From the NCBI GenBank assembly GCA_044378345.1, contig JBILXS010000010.1, positions 29,670 through 93,669 of the forward strand: DNA of 64,000 nt, read 5' to 3'. The position numbers and the translations under genes are program-made. How positions within the stretch are numbered: the stretch's first letter is position 1; each line of letters begins with the position of its first letter. The notes under the pieces are model-generated. The model saw only the letters and a program-made list of their open reading frames with translations. It did not search any database and had not been told where the DNA came from. Below are positions 1 through 8,816 of the stretch, one piece after another. This DNA is from Flavobacterium sp. GTDB lineage: Bacteria > Bacteroidota > Bacteroidia > Flavobacteriales > Flavobacteriaceae.

Positions 1-968
1 TCAGCATCGAAAGGTTTGTAAACGTAATATCCAACCTGCGCCTCCAAAGAAATCCTATTGATAAATAATTCATGCCCAATGAATACGCCAATTCTTTTGA
101 AATCTGTATTTTCAATACCCTTATCCTCCGGATAGGCAACAGAGCGATATTTTATGTACTCTTTTATAGAATTAGTCACAAATAATTCTGTTCCTAATTG
201 CAAAGCACTTTTTCTGCTTAGTCGTTTGTCTGCATAGACGCCGATATGGTAAAAAGGCTTTTGTCCGCTTCCGATAACGATATTTTCATTTAAGCCTGAG
301 CGAAGTACCAAATTAAACTTGATTGGTTCTTTGTATTTGTAGCTTACTGCAATTGTGTCGATTATTTTTGGTTGTTTTTTGCTAAGATTATAATTGACAC
401 CGAGATTGATGCCATAAGTATTTAATCCGCTATTCGGTGATTTAAATCGGCCACTCGAATAATGTGTAAAGAATAATCCGGCTTCTATGCCAAGTCGATC
501 AAAAAGATACTCTTGTTTAAAGTTTAAAACAAAATTGGTGTTGCCCATATACTTCGATCCGAACGCCCTATTTTTACTATTATTTATTTTATCGTAAGGA
601 TTGGTTGTCATGGCGATTCCTTGCCCAATTTTAAACTGCAACTTCCTGTTGAGGAAATAGAAGTTGTAGTGTCCGCCGATAGCGTAATTTTTTCCAAGAA
701 TTTCATTTTTAAAGTCTTGATAAATAAAATACCCGCCATAGTCTGGGTAATTATACAATTTTTGCCAAGCTTCTTTACCGTGTGTTTTCTTGGAAAAGCT
801 TAATATAAACCCTTCGGGGTGCCCTGTAATGAGATGGTATAATTCTGGTGAATGTGGTAAGATAACACCTCTAAATTGGTTGAATTCAATGGCGTCTGTA
901 TCCTCTATTTCTTGCCCGAAAACAACAGAGCACAGCGCAACAAAAAGAAAAGAAAATACTTTTTTCAT
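1..968 (-). CDS. Acyloxyacyl hydrolase / PagL-like lipid A deacylase family outer-membrane protein (3' end runs off window)
   Basis: Not in the ORF track. Manual translation from ATG at 968 gives MKKVFSFLFVALCSVVFGQ...HPEG...YNYPDYG...HYSSGRFKSPNSGLN...GYYVYKPFDA, with a signal peptide and PagL-like H-x-S motif; no stop found in the stretches translated, including the window edge. Confidence 0.75.
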   Translation of the reverse strand, partial: MKKVFSFLFVALCSVVFGQEIEDTDAIEFNQFRGVILPHSPELYHLITGHPEGFILSFSKKTHGKEAWQKLYNYPDYGGYFIYQDFKNEILGKNYAIGGHYNFYFLNRKLQFKIGQGIAMTTNPYDKINNSKNRAFGSKYMGNTNFVLNFKQEYLFDRLGIEAGLFFTHYSSGRFKSPNSGLNTYGINLGVNYNLSKKQPKIIDTIAVSYKYKEPIKFNLVLRSGLNENIVIGSGQKPFYHIGVYADKRLSRKSALQLGTELFVTNSIKEYIKYRSVAYPEDKGIENTDFKRIGVFIGHELFINRISLEAQVGYYVYKPFDA

Positions 969-1000
969 CGAACAACTATTGGGCAAATATATTCCTTTTA

Positions 1001-1957
1001 TTAGAAAATCGTTTTTGCAATCGATTTAATATTTTCAGCTTTCCCCATGGAATAGTAATGTAATACAGGAATTCCCGCTGCTAACAATTCTTTACTCTGT
1101 TCGATGCACCATTCTATTCCAATTTGCTTTACAGCGTCATTGTCTTTTGCTTTAACGACTGCCATGATGAGATCGTCGGGCAATTCTAAACTAAAGCGAT
1201 GTGGAATTAAATTCAATTGCTTTTTGGTAGCAATAGGTTTTAAACCTGGAATGATTGGCACCGCGATTCCTGCATTTCTGCATTTAGCGACATATTCAAA
1301 AAACTTTTGATTGTCGAAAAACATTTGTGTGATGATATAATCTGCACCATTCTTTATTTTTTGCTTTAAGAAATGAATATCGCTATCCAAACTCGGTGCT
1401 TCCATGTGTTTTTCCGGATAGCCTGCCACACCAATACAAAAGTTAGTATTGGAGGTATTCTGTAAATCTTCATCTAAGTAAATGCCTTTATTCAAATTAC
1501 TGATTTGTAGCACCAAATCGGTTGCATATTCATTCCCGTCTTTTTCTGGCTTGAAATAGGTTTCAGTTTTTAATGCATCACCTCGAAGTGCTACGACATT
1601 ATCGATACCCAAAAAATCCAAATCGATGAGCAAGTTTTCCGTATCCTCTTGAGAAAATCCGCCGCACAAGATATGTGGAATAGCATCGATGGAATACTTA
1701 TTTTGTATTCCTGCACAAATTCCGACAGTTCCCGGTCGCTTTTTTACAATTTTCTTTTGCAACAATCCGCTGGGCAGTTCTTTGTATTCGTACTCTTCTC
1801 GATGATAAGTTACGTCTATAAATGGCGGATCAAATTCCATCAAAGGATCAATACTATCAAAAATAGATTGAATGTTTTGCCCTTTCAACGGCGGTAAAAT
1901 TTCAAATGAAAACAAAGGTTTTCCTTGTGCTTTTTCTATGTGTTGGATAACTTTCAT
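1001..1957 (-). CDS. metF: Methylenetetrahydrofolate reductase
   Basis: FSFEILPP, FIDVTY, ALRGD, GVAGYPEKH and ITQMFFD motifs; downstream of metH. Confidence 0.96.
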   Translation of the reverse strand: MKVIQHIEKAQGKPLFSFEILPPLKGQNIQSIFDSIDPLMEFDPPFIDVTYHREEYEYKELPSGLLQKKIVKKRPGTVGICAGIQNKYSIDAIPHILCGGFSQEDTENLLIDLDFLGIDNVVALRGDALKTETYFKPEKDGNEYATDLVLQISNLNKGIYLDEDLQNTSNTNFCIGVAGYPEKHMEAPSLDSDIHFLKQKIKNGADYIITQMFFDNQKFFEYVAKCRNAGIAVPIIPGLKPIATKKQLNLIPHRFSLELPDDLIMAVVKAKDNDAVKQIGIEWCIEQSKELLAAGIPVLHYYSMGKAENIKSIAKTIF

Positions 1958-1964
1958 AATTTTT

Positions 1965-2037
1965 GTTGTCGGTTGGTTGTCGGTTGTCAGCTTGCGTTGC
2001 GCGTAACCGACAACTGATAACTGATAACCGACAACTG
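1965..2037. repeat. Inverted pair of GACAACC-type heptamer arrays filling the metH-metF spacer (empty cassette)
   Basis: gttgtcggttggttgtcggttgtcag, short spacer, then ccgacaa ctgataa ctgataa ccgacaa ctg. Confidence 0.9.
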
Positions 2038-2040
2038 TTC

Positions 2041-4758
2041 TTAATCTGCTATATTCGGGTTAAGCCATTTTGTAGCTTGTTCTGTACTGATGCTTCTTCG
2101 TTTGGCGTAATCGATGACCTGATCTTCTTTAATTTTTCCGAGACCGAAATATTTGCTCTCTGGATTTCCAAAATAATATCCCGAAACAGAAGACGCGGGC
2201 CACATTGCCATACTTTCTGTGAGTTTTACTCCAATGGCTTCTTCTACCTTCAAGATATTCCATATCGTAGGTTTCTCTAAATGGTCTGGACAAGCCGGAT
2301 ATCCTGGTGCTGGACGAATTCCTTTGTATTCTTCTTCTATTAAATCAACTTTATCTAAATTTTCATCTGTGGCATAACCCCAAATTTCTTTGCGCACTTT
2401 CTCATGTAAATATTCGGCAAATGCTTCCGCCAAACGATCCGCGAGTGCTTTGACCATAATGGAGTTGTAATCATCTAAATTTTTCTCAAATTCCGCTGCC
2501 CATTCGTCGACCCCAAAACCAGTTGTGACACAAAAGCATCCCAAATAATCTTGCTTTCCGGAATCTTTTGGAGCAACAAAATCAGCCAAAGCCATGTTGA
2601 AAGCGCCCTTCGTTTTTTGAGATTGTTGGCGGAGCGTTAAGAATTTGGTTGTCAGTTGTCGGTTGTCGGTTGTGAATTCTGTGACAACTTCAATGTCATC
2701 ATCGTTAATGGTATTGGCGGGGAAAATGCCATAAATTCCTTTAGCAGTGAATTTGTTTTCTTTCACAATTTGATCGAGCATTTCTTGTGCATCATTAAAT
2801 ACGGCTTTCGCTTGTTCACCTACAACCTCATCGGTCAGAATTGCTGGATATTTTCCGAACAATTCCCAAGTTCTAAAAAAAGGTGTCCAATCGATATAGG
2901 GAATCAACGTTTCAATATCAACATCTATAGTTCTAGACCCAATGAAGTTTGGCTTTTTAGGTGTAAAATTTTCCCAATCTAATTTTAATTTATTGAGTCG
3001 CGCTTGTTCGATGGTCAGGAAATTTTTATCTCGACTTCTGGTCAAATAACCTTCACGCAATTCGTCGTATTCGGATCGTATTGCTTTTGAATACATTAAT
3101 TTATCTGCATTCAATAAATTTCCTGCAACCGTAACAGCGCGCGACGCGTCATTCACATGCACCACAGTTTCTTTATATTCAGGTGCTATTTTCACTGCGG
3201 TATGTGCACGAGAAGTTGTCGCACCGCCAATCATGATTGGTATTTTGATATTAAGCTTATCCATTTCTTTCGCGAGATAAACCATCTCATCCAACGAAGG
3301 TGTAATCAAACCGCTTAAGCCAATAATATCTACGTTTTCTTTGATGGCCATTTCAATAATTCGCTCTGGTTGCACCATTACGCCCAAGTCGATAATTTCG
3401 TAATTGTTGCAACCGAGCACGACAGAAACAATATTTTTTCCAATATCATGAACATCGCCTTTTACGGTAGCCATCAGTATTTTGCCTGCGGAGGAAGATT
3501 TGCCGTCTTTTTGCGCTTCAATGAATGGCAACAAATACGCTACTGCTTTTTTCATGACGCGCGCCGATTTCACCACTTGAGGGAGAAACATTTTTCCTGA
3601 TCCGAATAAATCTCCAACGACGTTCATTCCTTCCATTAAGTTTACTTCTATGACTTCAATTGGGCTAGTAACAGAGAGCCGTGCTTCTTCAATATCAATT
3701 TCTATAAACTCGTCGATGCCTTTTACTAACGAATGTGTTAAACGCTCTTGGATTGATCCGGAACGCCATTCTTGAACCGCCTTTTCACTACTTTTAGTGT
3801 TACCTTTTATATTTTCAGCGAAATCGAGTAAGCGTTCGGTAGCATCTTCCCGTCTGTTGAGTAGAACATCTTCGACAAATTCCAGTAAATCTTTTGGAAT
3901 TTCATCATATACTTCAAGCATTTCGGGGTTAACAATTCCCATTGTCATTCCGTTTTTAATGGCGTGATACAAGAAAACCGAATGCATTGCTTCACGTACT
4001 TTATCATTTCCTCTAAAGGAAAAGGAGACATTGCTAACGCCGCCACTTACATGTGCATAAGGCAGATTTTCCTTAATCCATTTGGTGGCTCGGAAGAAAT
4101 CGAGTGCGTTTAATTTATGTTCGTCCATTCCAGTGGCGACAGGAAAAATGTTTGGATCGAAGATGATGTCTTCTGCTGCAAAACCAACTTCATCAACCAA
4201 AATATCATAAGAACGTTTGCAAATTTCTATACGTCTTTCGTAATTGTCTGCTTGTCCTTGTTCGTCGAAAGCCATTACGATCACAGCAGCGCCATATCGT
4301 TTGACCAATTTCGCATGGTGAATAAAAAGAGCTTCGCCTTCCTTTAGTGAAATAGAATTGACGACGCATTTTCCCTGAACTACTTTCAATCCGGCCTCGA
4401 TAATTTCCCACTTCGAGCTATCAATCATGACTGGAACTCGCGAAATGTCTGGTTCGGCCGCGATTAGATTCAAAAAAGTTGTCATGGCATGAACCCCATC
4501 GAGCATGCCTTCATCCATATTGACGTCGATGATTTGTGCACCGCCTTCTACTTGATCACGTGCCACAGAAAGCGCTTCATCATACCGTTCTTCTTTGATT
4601 AAACGAAGGAATTTACGAGAGCCCGTGACATTTGTTCTTTCACCAACATTGACAAAATTGGTTTCTGGAGTTACGATTAACGGTTCGAGACCTGAAAGCC
4701 GGAGATACTTCGTTGTCGGTTGTCGGTTGTCGGTTGTCGGCGTGACATCTTTAATCAT
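2041..4758 (-). CDS. metH: Cobalamin-dependent methionine synthase, pterin-binding, B12-binding and reactivation domains
   Basis: [18 protein letters not shown]12-binding motif, [12 protein letters not shown]; ATG overlaps the end of the four-helix-bundle gene. Confidence 0.97.
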   Translation of the reverse strand: MIKDVTPTTDNRQPTTKYLRLSGLEPLIVTPETNFVNVGERTNVTGSRKFLRLIKEERYDEALSVARDQVEGGAQIIDVNMDEGMLDGVHAMTTFLNLIAAEPDISRVPVMIDSSKWEIIEAGLKVVQGKCVVNSISLKEGEALFIHHAKLVKRYGAAVIVMAFDEQGQADNYERRIEICKRSYDILVDEVGFAAEDIIFDPNIFPVATGMDEHKLNALDFFRATKWIKENLPYAHVSGGVSNVSFSFRGNDKVREAMHSVFLYHAIKNGMTMGIVNPEMLEVYDEIPKDLLEFVEDVLLNRREDATERLLDFAENIKGNTKSSEKAVQEWRSGSIQERLTHSLVKGIDEFIEIDIEEARLSVTSPIEVIEVNLMEGMNVVGDLFGSGKMFLPQVVKSARVMKKAVAYLLPFIEAQKDGKSSSAGKILMATVKGDVHDIGKNIVSVVLGCNNYEIIDLGVMVQPERIIEMAIKENVDIIGLSGLITPSLDEMVYLAKEMDKLNIKIPIMIGGATTSRAHTAVKIAPEYKETVVHVNDASRAVTVAGNLLNADKLMYSKAIRSEYDELREGYLTRSRDKNFLTIEQARLNKLKLDWENFTPKKPNFIGSRTIDVDIETLIPYIDWTPFFRTWELFGKYPAILTDEVVGEQAKAVFNDAQEMLDQIVKENKFTAKGIYGIFPANTINDDDIEVVTEFTTDNRQLTTKFLTLRQQSQKTKGAFNMALADFVAPKDSGKQDYLGCFCVTTGFGVDEWAAEFEKNLDDYNSIMVKALADRLAEAFAEYLHEKVRKEIWGYATDENLDKVDLIEEEYKGIRPAPGYPACPDHLEKPTIWNILKVEEAIGVKLTESMAMWPASSVSGYYFGNPESKYFGLGKIKEDQVIDYAKRRSISTEQATKWLNPNIAD
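2647..2673. repeat. In-frame GACAACC heptamer array inside metH (encodes TTDNRQLTT)
   Basis: ggttgtc agttgtc ggttgtc ggttgt. Confidence 0.9.
4711..4740. repeat. (GTTGTCG)4 array, downstream arm of four-helix-bundle cassette, translated in the MetH N-terminus ([10 protein letters not shown])
   Basis: cgttgtcggttgtcggttgtcggttgtcgg. Confidence 0.95.
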
Positions 4759-5125
4759 TGAGTTTTCTGTAATAATTAATGAATCCGTTTAATATTCGTT
4801 TACATCGCTGCACGGTTTCAAATAGTGATTCGAAAATTTCTTTGGTAATATAATTTTGATCAAGTGCGATGAAAATTTGTGTTTCAACTTCATACAATGC
4901 ACCACGAGCAATATGTAGAAAATGTAAAGTATCCTTACTAGTACTTCGTCCGCAACCCTCGGCAATATTGGAAGGTATAGAAACAGCCGAACGTCTGATT
5001 TGATTTGTCAAACCGTAAAGTTCTTCTTTTGGAAAATTCCTCGAAACCTCATAAACATGATTCGTTAGCTTCCTGCATTCCTGCCAGACTTCCAAATCAG
5101 TGTACTCTTTTTTATTATCTTTCAT
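4751..5125 (-). CDS. Four helix bundle protein (TIGR02436 / 23S rRNA IVS protein family)
   Basis: [35 protein letters not shown] and [15 protein letters not shown] match the family pattern. Confidence 0.93.
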   Translation of the reverse strand: MKDNKKEYTDLEVWQECRKLTNHVYEVSRNFPKEELYGLTNQIRRSAVSIPSNIAEGCGRSTSKDTLHFLHIARGALYEVETQIFIALDQNYITKEIFESLFETVQRCKRILNGFINYYRKLND

Positions 5126-5142
5126 ATTTTGTTATAAAAAAA

Positions 5143-5205
5143 CTGACAACCGACAACCGACAACCGACAACCGACAACCATCAACCATCAACGAACAACC
5201 ATCAA
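5143..5205. repeat. Nine-unit heptamer array (CCGACAA/CCATCAA), upstream arm of four-helix-bundle cassette; overlaps the stop of metH N-terminal gene
   Basis: ctgacaa (ccgacaa)4 ccatcaa ccatcaa cgaacaa ccatcaa. Confidence 0.95.
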
Positions 5206-6189
5206 CTTCCTAGGCTTAAATTCTGAAGCAACTTCAGCAATCAATTTGATATGTTCTGGCGTTGTTCCGCAGCAGCCACCAATGATGTTAACTAGATTTT
5301 CCTTTAGATATTCTCGTATCAATTCCTGCATTTCTTGAGGCGTTTGGTCGTATTGTCCAAAAGCATTTGGCAATCCGGCGTTAGGATGTGCGGAAATATT
5401 TAAAGAGGTATTTCTAGCCAATCTTTTGAGGTACGGCTTTAGTTGATCTGCGCCTAAAGCACAATTGAAACCGACGCTTAACAAAGGAATATGGGAAATT
5501 GAAATGAGAAATGCTTCCACTGTTTGACCAGAAAGTGTTCGTCCAGAAGCATCTGTAATCGTTCCTGAAACCATAATGGGAATATCAATATTCCGTTCTT
5601 CTTTGACTTCTTCAATCGCAAACAAAGCTGCTTTGGCATTGAGTGTATCGAAAATAGTCTCCACCAGAAGCAGGTCGCAACCACCGTCGATTAACGCTTC
5701 TGCTTGTTGTTTGTAAGCGATTCTCAAATCATCGAAAGTAACAGCTCTAAAACCGGGATCATTGACATCGGGGCTCATGCTTGCAGTTCGGTTAGTTGGT
5801 CCAATAGAACCGGCAACGAAGCGGGGTTTGTTTGGATTTTTAGCGGTGAACTCATCGGCTACTTCACGGGCAATTTTGGCTGATTGGTAATTCAGTTCGT
5901 AAACTAGATTTTCTAGATGATAATCTGCTATTCCAATAGTGGTGCTAGAAAAGGTATTCGTTTCTATGATATCAGCACCTGCTTCGAAGTACTGCGCATG
6001 GACATCTCTTATGGCTTGTGGTTGCGTGATTGAAAGTAAATCGTTATTTCCTTTTAGAGAATGGGGAAAATCTTTAAATCGTTCGCCTCTGAAATCGGTT
6101 TCAGAGAAATTGTATCGTTGCAACATGGTTCCCATGGCGCCATCTAGGACGAGGATTCTATTTTGAATTTCTTGTTGAATTGTTGACAT
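5188..6189 (-). CDS. metH: Methionine synthase homocysteine-binding (Hcy S-methyltransferase) domain, separate polypeptide
   Basis: [23 protein letters not shown] and GGCCGT Zn ligands; start moved to ATG 6189 (MSTIQQEI). Confidence 0.95.
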   Translation of the reverse strand: MSTIQQEIQNRILVLDGAMGTMLQRYNFSETDFRGERFKDFPHSLKGNNDLLSITQPQAIRDVHAQYFEAGADIIETNTFSSTTIGIADYHLENLVYELNYQSAKIAREVADEFTAKNPNKPRFVAGSIGPTNRTASMSPDVNDPGFRAVTFDDLRIAYKQQAEALIDGGCDLLLVETIFDTLNAKAALFAIEEVKEERNIDIPIMVSGTITDASGRTLSGQTVEAFLISISHIPLLSVGFNCALGADQLKPYLKRLARNTSLNISAHPNAGLPNAFGQYDQTPQEMQELIREYLKENLVNIIGGCCGTTPEHIKLIAEVASEFKPRKLMVVR

Positions 6190-6200
6190 GTTTTTTTGCT

Positions 6201-6223
6201 CGCAAAGGCGCCAAGACGCCAAG
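6201..6223. repeat. Short octamer tandem (cgcaaagg cgccaaga cgccaag) just upstream of the metH' start
   Basis: Three degenerate 8-nt units seen directly. Confidence 0.5.
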
Positions 6224-6242
6224 TGTTGTTATGAAATTGATT

Positions 6243-6340
6243 GCCCTAGCCCCGATAGCAGCAGTTATCCTTTTGTGCTGTAGTTCAGCGCAAAAGATAG
6301 TAGCGGATAGCGGGATTAGCTACTGAAATAAATTCAGCAT
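6243..6340 (+). repeat. Palindromic intergenic element, family A (REP/Flavo-1-like)
   Basis: gccctagccccgatagcagcagttatcc-[ttttgtgctg..cagcgcaaaa hairpin]-gatagtagcggatagcgggattagcta, followed by ctgaaataaattcagcat. Confidence 0.8.
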
Positions 6341-6390
6341 AAATCCTAAAAAATAAAATGTCATCAAAAAGTGCGAGGGAAATTCTCGTG

Positions 6391-6492
6391 GTTATCTGTC
6401 CAAGTTTTCGCTTGGTAGAATGTAGCACCTTCTTTAAGTTAAAGGGTTGCTAAGCTTTCAACGGGTCTAATCCCTCTGGCTTTCGTGATAAC
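6391..6492 (-). promoter_or_regulatory. SAM-I riboswitch aptamer
   Basis: Minus strand reads GTTATC..GAAAG..GAGGGA.TAGACCC..TGAA..AGCAACC...AAGGTGCTA...GATAAC; P1 GTTATC/GATAAC; upstream of metH operon. Confidence 0.9.
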
Positions 6493-6682
6493 AATCAATA
6501 AATTTAAGAACAGAGCAAAGTAATGCAATAGAAGTGGTTTTTGCAACCACTTTTAAAAAAAAATGCGATAACGTTATAGTGAGCGAGACTGCTTTGCAGT
6601 GAGAAGAAAGAAGCAAGACCGCTGCGCTGCAAGAAAAAACTCTAGGGTTTTCTCAGAGCGCTGCGGTCTTCTCTTTAGAATT

Positions 6683-7561
6683 CTATTGCTTTATGATTTT
6701 TGTAGAACCTGTTCCTTGATTGGTCATTATTTTTAAAAAGTAAATCCCCGAATTTAGATTTCCAATATTTATTTGACTGGTCATCCCTTTGATTTCTTTT
6801 ATTGTACGACCGTTTACATCTGTAACTTGAATTGATTCAATTTTAATTTCCGAATTAGCGTCAATATTAACTATGTTGGTCGCTGGATTTGGCCAAAGCG
6901 CAAAATTGCTTTTAAAAAATGTCGCTGATGATAATTGTGGTCTATTGATTGTGAGCGCGTCAATCCAAATTGCGTTTCCGTTTGTACCCGTTGGACCGCC
7001 GTTGGTCACAAAGTAGCGAAATGCTAATTTGCAATCTGTTGCTGTAGGTAAACCGGAGACTGTATATAAAACTTCTGTCCACGCAACAGGGTAAATATTG
7101 GCAGAGAGATTGGGATTAACTGTCGCGGCGATTGTTGCAAAACTACCGATATCTGAGCTACCAGTTGATGGAATTACAGAGGCATCACCTGCTGTACTGA
7201 GTCGCAATTCTAGTCGATCAGGAATCGAGCTAAAATTACTTCCTGCTCTAGTGTAAAACTTGATTACATCGCCATCTTGCAGGCTAATGGTCGGCGTGAT
7301 TAACCAGTTACTAATGGTTCCTGAAGATCCTGCCGCCACACTGTTAAAATTTACGGAGACATAGGAAGTTGAACCTCCATTAAACCCTGTTCCGAAACCA
7401 CTAACATTTCCTTGTTGCCAATTGGAGGTTCCGACAGGTTGGCTTTGATTTGTTTTTGTCCATGTGGCTGGGAAAACATCAAAGTTCTCCGCAAAAATCG
7501 TTTGAGCTTGCAGGCCGCAAAGACCTACTAAAAGAACAACACCAAGTACATAATTTTTCAT
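6683..7561 (-). CDS. T9SS type A cargo with choice-of-anchor J / cleaved-adhesin-like domain
   Basis: Signal peptide, SNWLITP and LELRLST motifs, C-terminal WPNPAT...G.YFLKI...KIIKQ CTD; start moved to ATG 7561. Confidence 0.82.
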   Translation of the reverse strand: MKNYVLGVVLLVGLCGLQAQTIFAENFDVFPATWTKTNQSQPVGTSNWQQGNVSGFGTGFNGGSTSYVSVNFNSVAAGSSGTISNWLITPTISLQDGDVIKFYTRAGSNFSSIPDRLELRLSTAGDASVIPSTGSSDIGSFATIAATVNPNLSANIYPVAWTEVLYTVSGLPTATDCKLAFRYFVTNGGPTGTNGNAIWIDALTINRPQLSSATFFKSNFALWPNPATNIVNIDANSEIKIESIQVTDVNGRTIKEIKGMTSQINIGNLNSGIYFLKIMTNQGTGSTKIIKQ

Positions 7562-7593
7562 TAGAAGAAGTTTTAAGCATTTCACAAATATTC

Positions 7594-7625
7594 AAAAAAA
7601 AACCTGATTCTTTTCAGAATCAGGT
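7594..7625 (-). terminator. Intrinsic terminator between the two T9SS paralogs
   Basis: acctgattc/gaatcaggt stem followed by a T run on the minus strand. Confidence 0.7.
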
Positions 7626-7646
7626 CTTCTTTTTATTGTAAAAAAA

Positions 7647-8573
7647 TTAATTTTTGATAATTTTCGTTGTTCCAGTTCCTTGAGTACTTGATATTTTCAA
7701 GAAATAAACACCAGCGTTCAACTCGCTAACATTGATTTGGTTAGTCATTCCCTTTACTTCTTTTACGATACGACCATTGATATCTGTAATTTGAATACCA
7801 TTTACATCGATATTAGAAGCGTTAGCAATGTTTAAAACATCGCTAGCAGGATTTGGCGACACTGTAAAGTTACTTCTAAAGAAAGTATCTGTTGCCAAAA
7901 ATGGACGATCAACTGAAACAGAGTCTAAACCAATAATGTCTGAATTTGCTCCGACTGGTCCTCCTTCTGTAACATAATATCTGAATCCTAACTTAATTGC
8001 TGTAGGACCCGTTAGGCCTGTCATAGTATAAGAATATTGAGCCCAAGCTAAAGGATAAGAAACAAGATCTAAATCAGGATTAACTTCCACAGCTAAAGTT
8101 GTAAAATCACCTAAATCAGCTGCTCCAGTTGCAGGTAAGGTCGAAAAACCACCATTAGTGCTAATTCTTAATTCTAAGTTATCAGCATAAAGTGCAGCTG
8201 CATTTCTTCCAATTCTTGTGTAGAAAGTAATAACATCTCCATTTTCAACAGTTACCACAGGACTGATTAACCAATTACTTATTGTTCCTACACCTGCTGT
8301 TGCAGAAGTTCCAGTACTTGTATAGTTAATTAATGCGAATGAAAACGCTGCACCAGCTTGAGCACCACCTGCAAAGGTTGTTGTTGGAGCAGTTGTAGGA
8401 ATTCCCCAAATTGGAGCTCCAGCATAAGTTGGTGAGCTTTGATTGGTTCCAAACCAGCCATCTGTTGTATACATAGTTGCTGTTGGGTTATCAAACCCAT
8501 ATGTAAGTAAATTTTGAGCTTGTGTTGAAGCAAACATCAACACTAATGTAAGGGAAAGTAATAGTTTTTTCAT
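7647..8573 (-). CDS. T9SS type A cargo with choice-of-anchor J domain (paralog of 6683..7561)
   Basis: Signal peptide, SNWLISP, LELRIST, RYYVTEGGP.G.N, CTD VSPNPAS...GVYFLKI...KIIKN. Confidence 0.85.
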   Translation of the reverse strand: MKKLLLSLTLVLMFASTQAQNLLTYGFDNPTATMYTTDGWFGTNQSSPTYAGAPIWGIPTTAPTTTFAGGAQAGAAFSFALINYTSTGTSATAGVGTISNWLISPVVTVENGDVITFYTRIGRNAAALYADNLELRISTNGGFSTLPATGAADLGDFTTLAVEVNPDLDLVSYPLAWAQYSYTMTGLTGPTAIKLGFRYYVTEGGPVGANSDIIGLDSVSVDRPFLATDTFFRSNFTVSPNPASDVLNIANASNIDVNGIQITDINGRIVKEVKGMTNQINVSELNAGVYFLKISSTQGTGTTKIIKN

Positions 8574-8657
8574 AATAAAAAATTTTAAATAGTTTAGAAG
8601 CCAAAAGTAATAATAAAAACGACAACAAAAAACTTTTTCTAATCAAAATTGGTTTCA

Positions 8658-8665
8658 TACCTTTG
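8658..8665 (+). promoter_or_regulatory. Bacteroidetes -7 promoter box for metK
   Basis: TACCTTTG matches TAnnTTTG. Confidence 0.6.
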
Positions 8666-8688
8666 CATTCGAAAATAACGAGGAAAAA

Positions 8689-8747
8689 TTTGTACTGATT
8701 GCAACCTCTGACCTTAACCAATTAAGTGTCAAAAAAAATGCTAAAGC
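8689..8747 (+). promoter_or_regulatory. Candidate SAM-II-type riboswitch in metK leader
   Basis: ttgtacTGATTgcaac...gtgtcaaaaaaAAATGCTAAAgc resembles the SAM-II UGAUU...AAAUG-CUAAA core; located in the metK 5' leader. Confidence 0.5.
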
Positions 8748-8816
8748 AGAACTTCTCTCTTTTAGTTTGGTTGCGTTCGCCTATTATTTCCCATTAACAA
8801 TTAAAATTAAAGTATT

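Noticed and set aside
1963-2280. ORFs spanning the heptamer arrays (1963..2280, 2656..2982, 4595..4792, 5005..5226)
   Set aside because: Antisense to real genes; their odd peptides (VGCRLS, TDNRQP) are just translations of the repeats
4751-5125. Diversity-generating retroelement (Avd-like gene)
   Set aside because: No reverse transcriptase and no TR/VR pair with adenine-specific mismatches seen in the window
5143-5205. CRISPR array interpretation of the tandem repeats
   Set aside because: Units are 7-8 nt head-to-tail with no spacers, and no cas genes are present
2041-6189. Split metH as a novelty or frameshift
   Set aside because: Both parts have their own start and stop, and a separate Hcy-binding polypeptide is, to my knowledge, usual in Flavobacteriaceae
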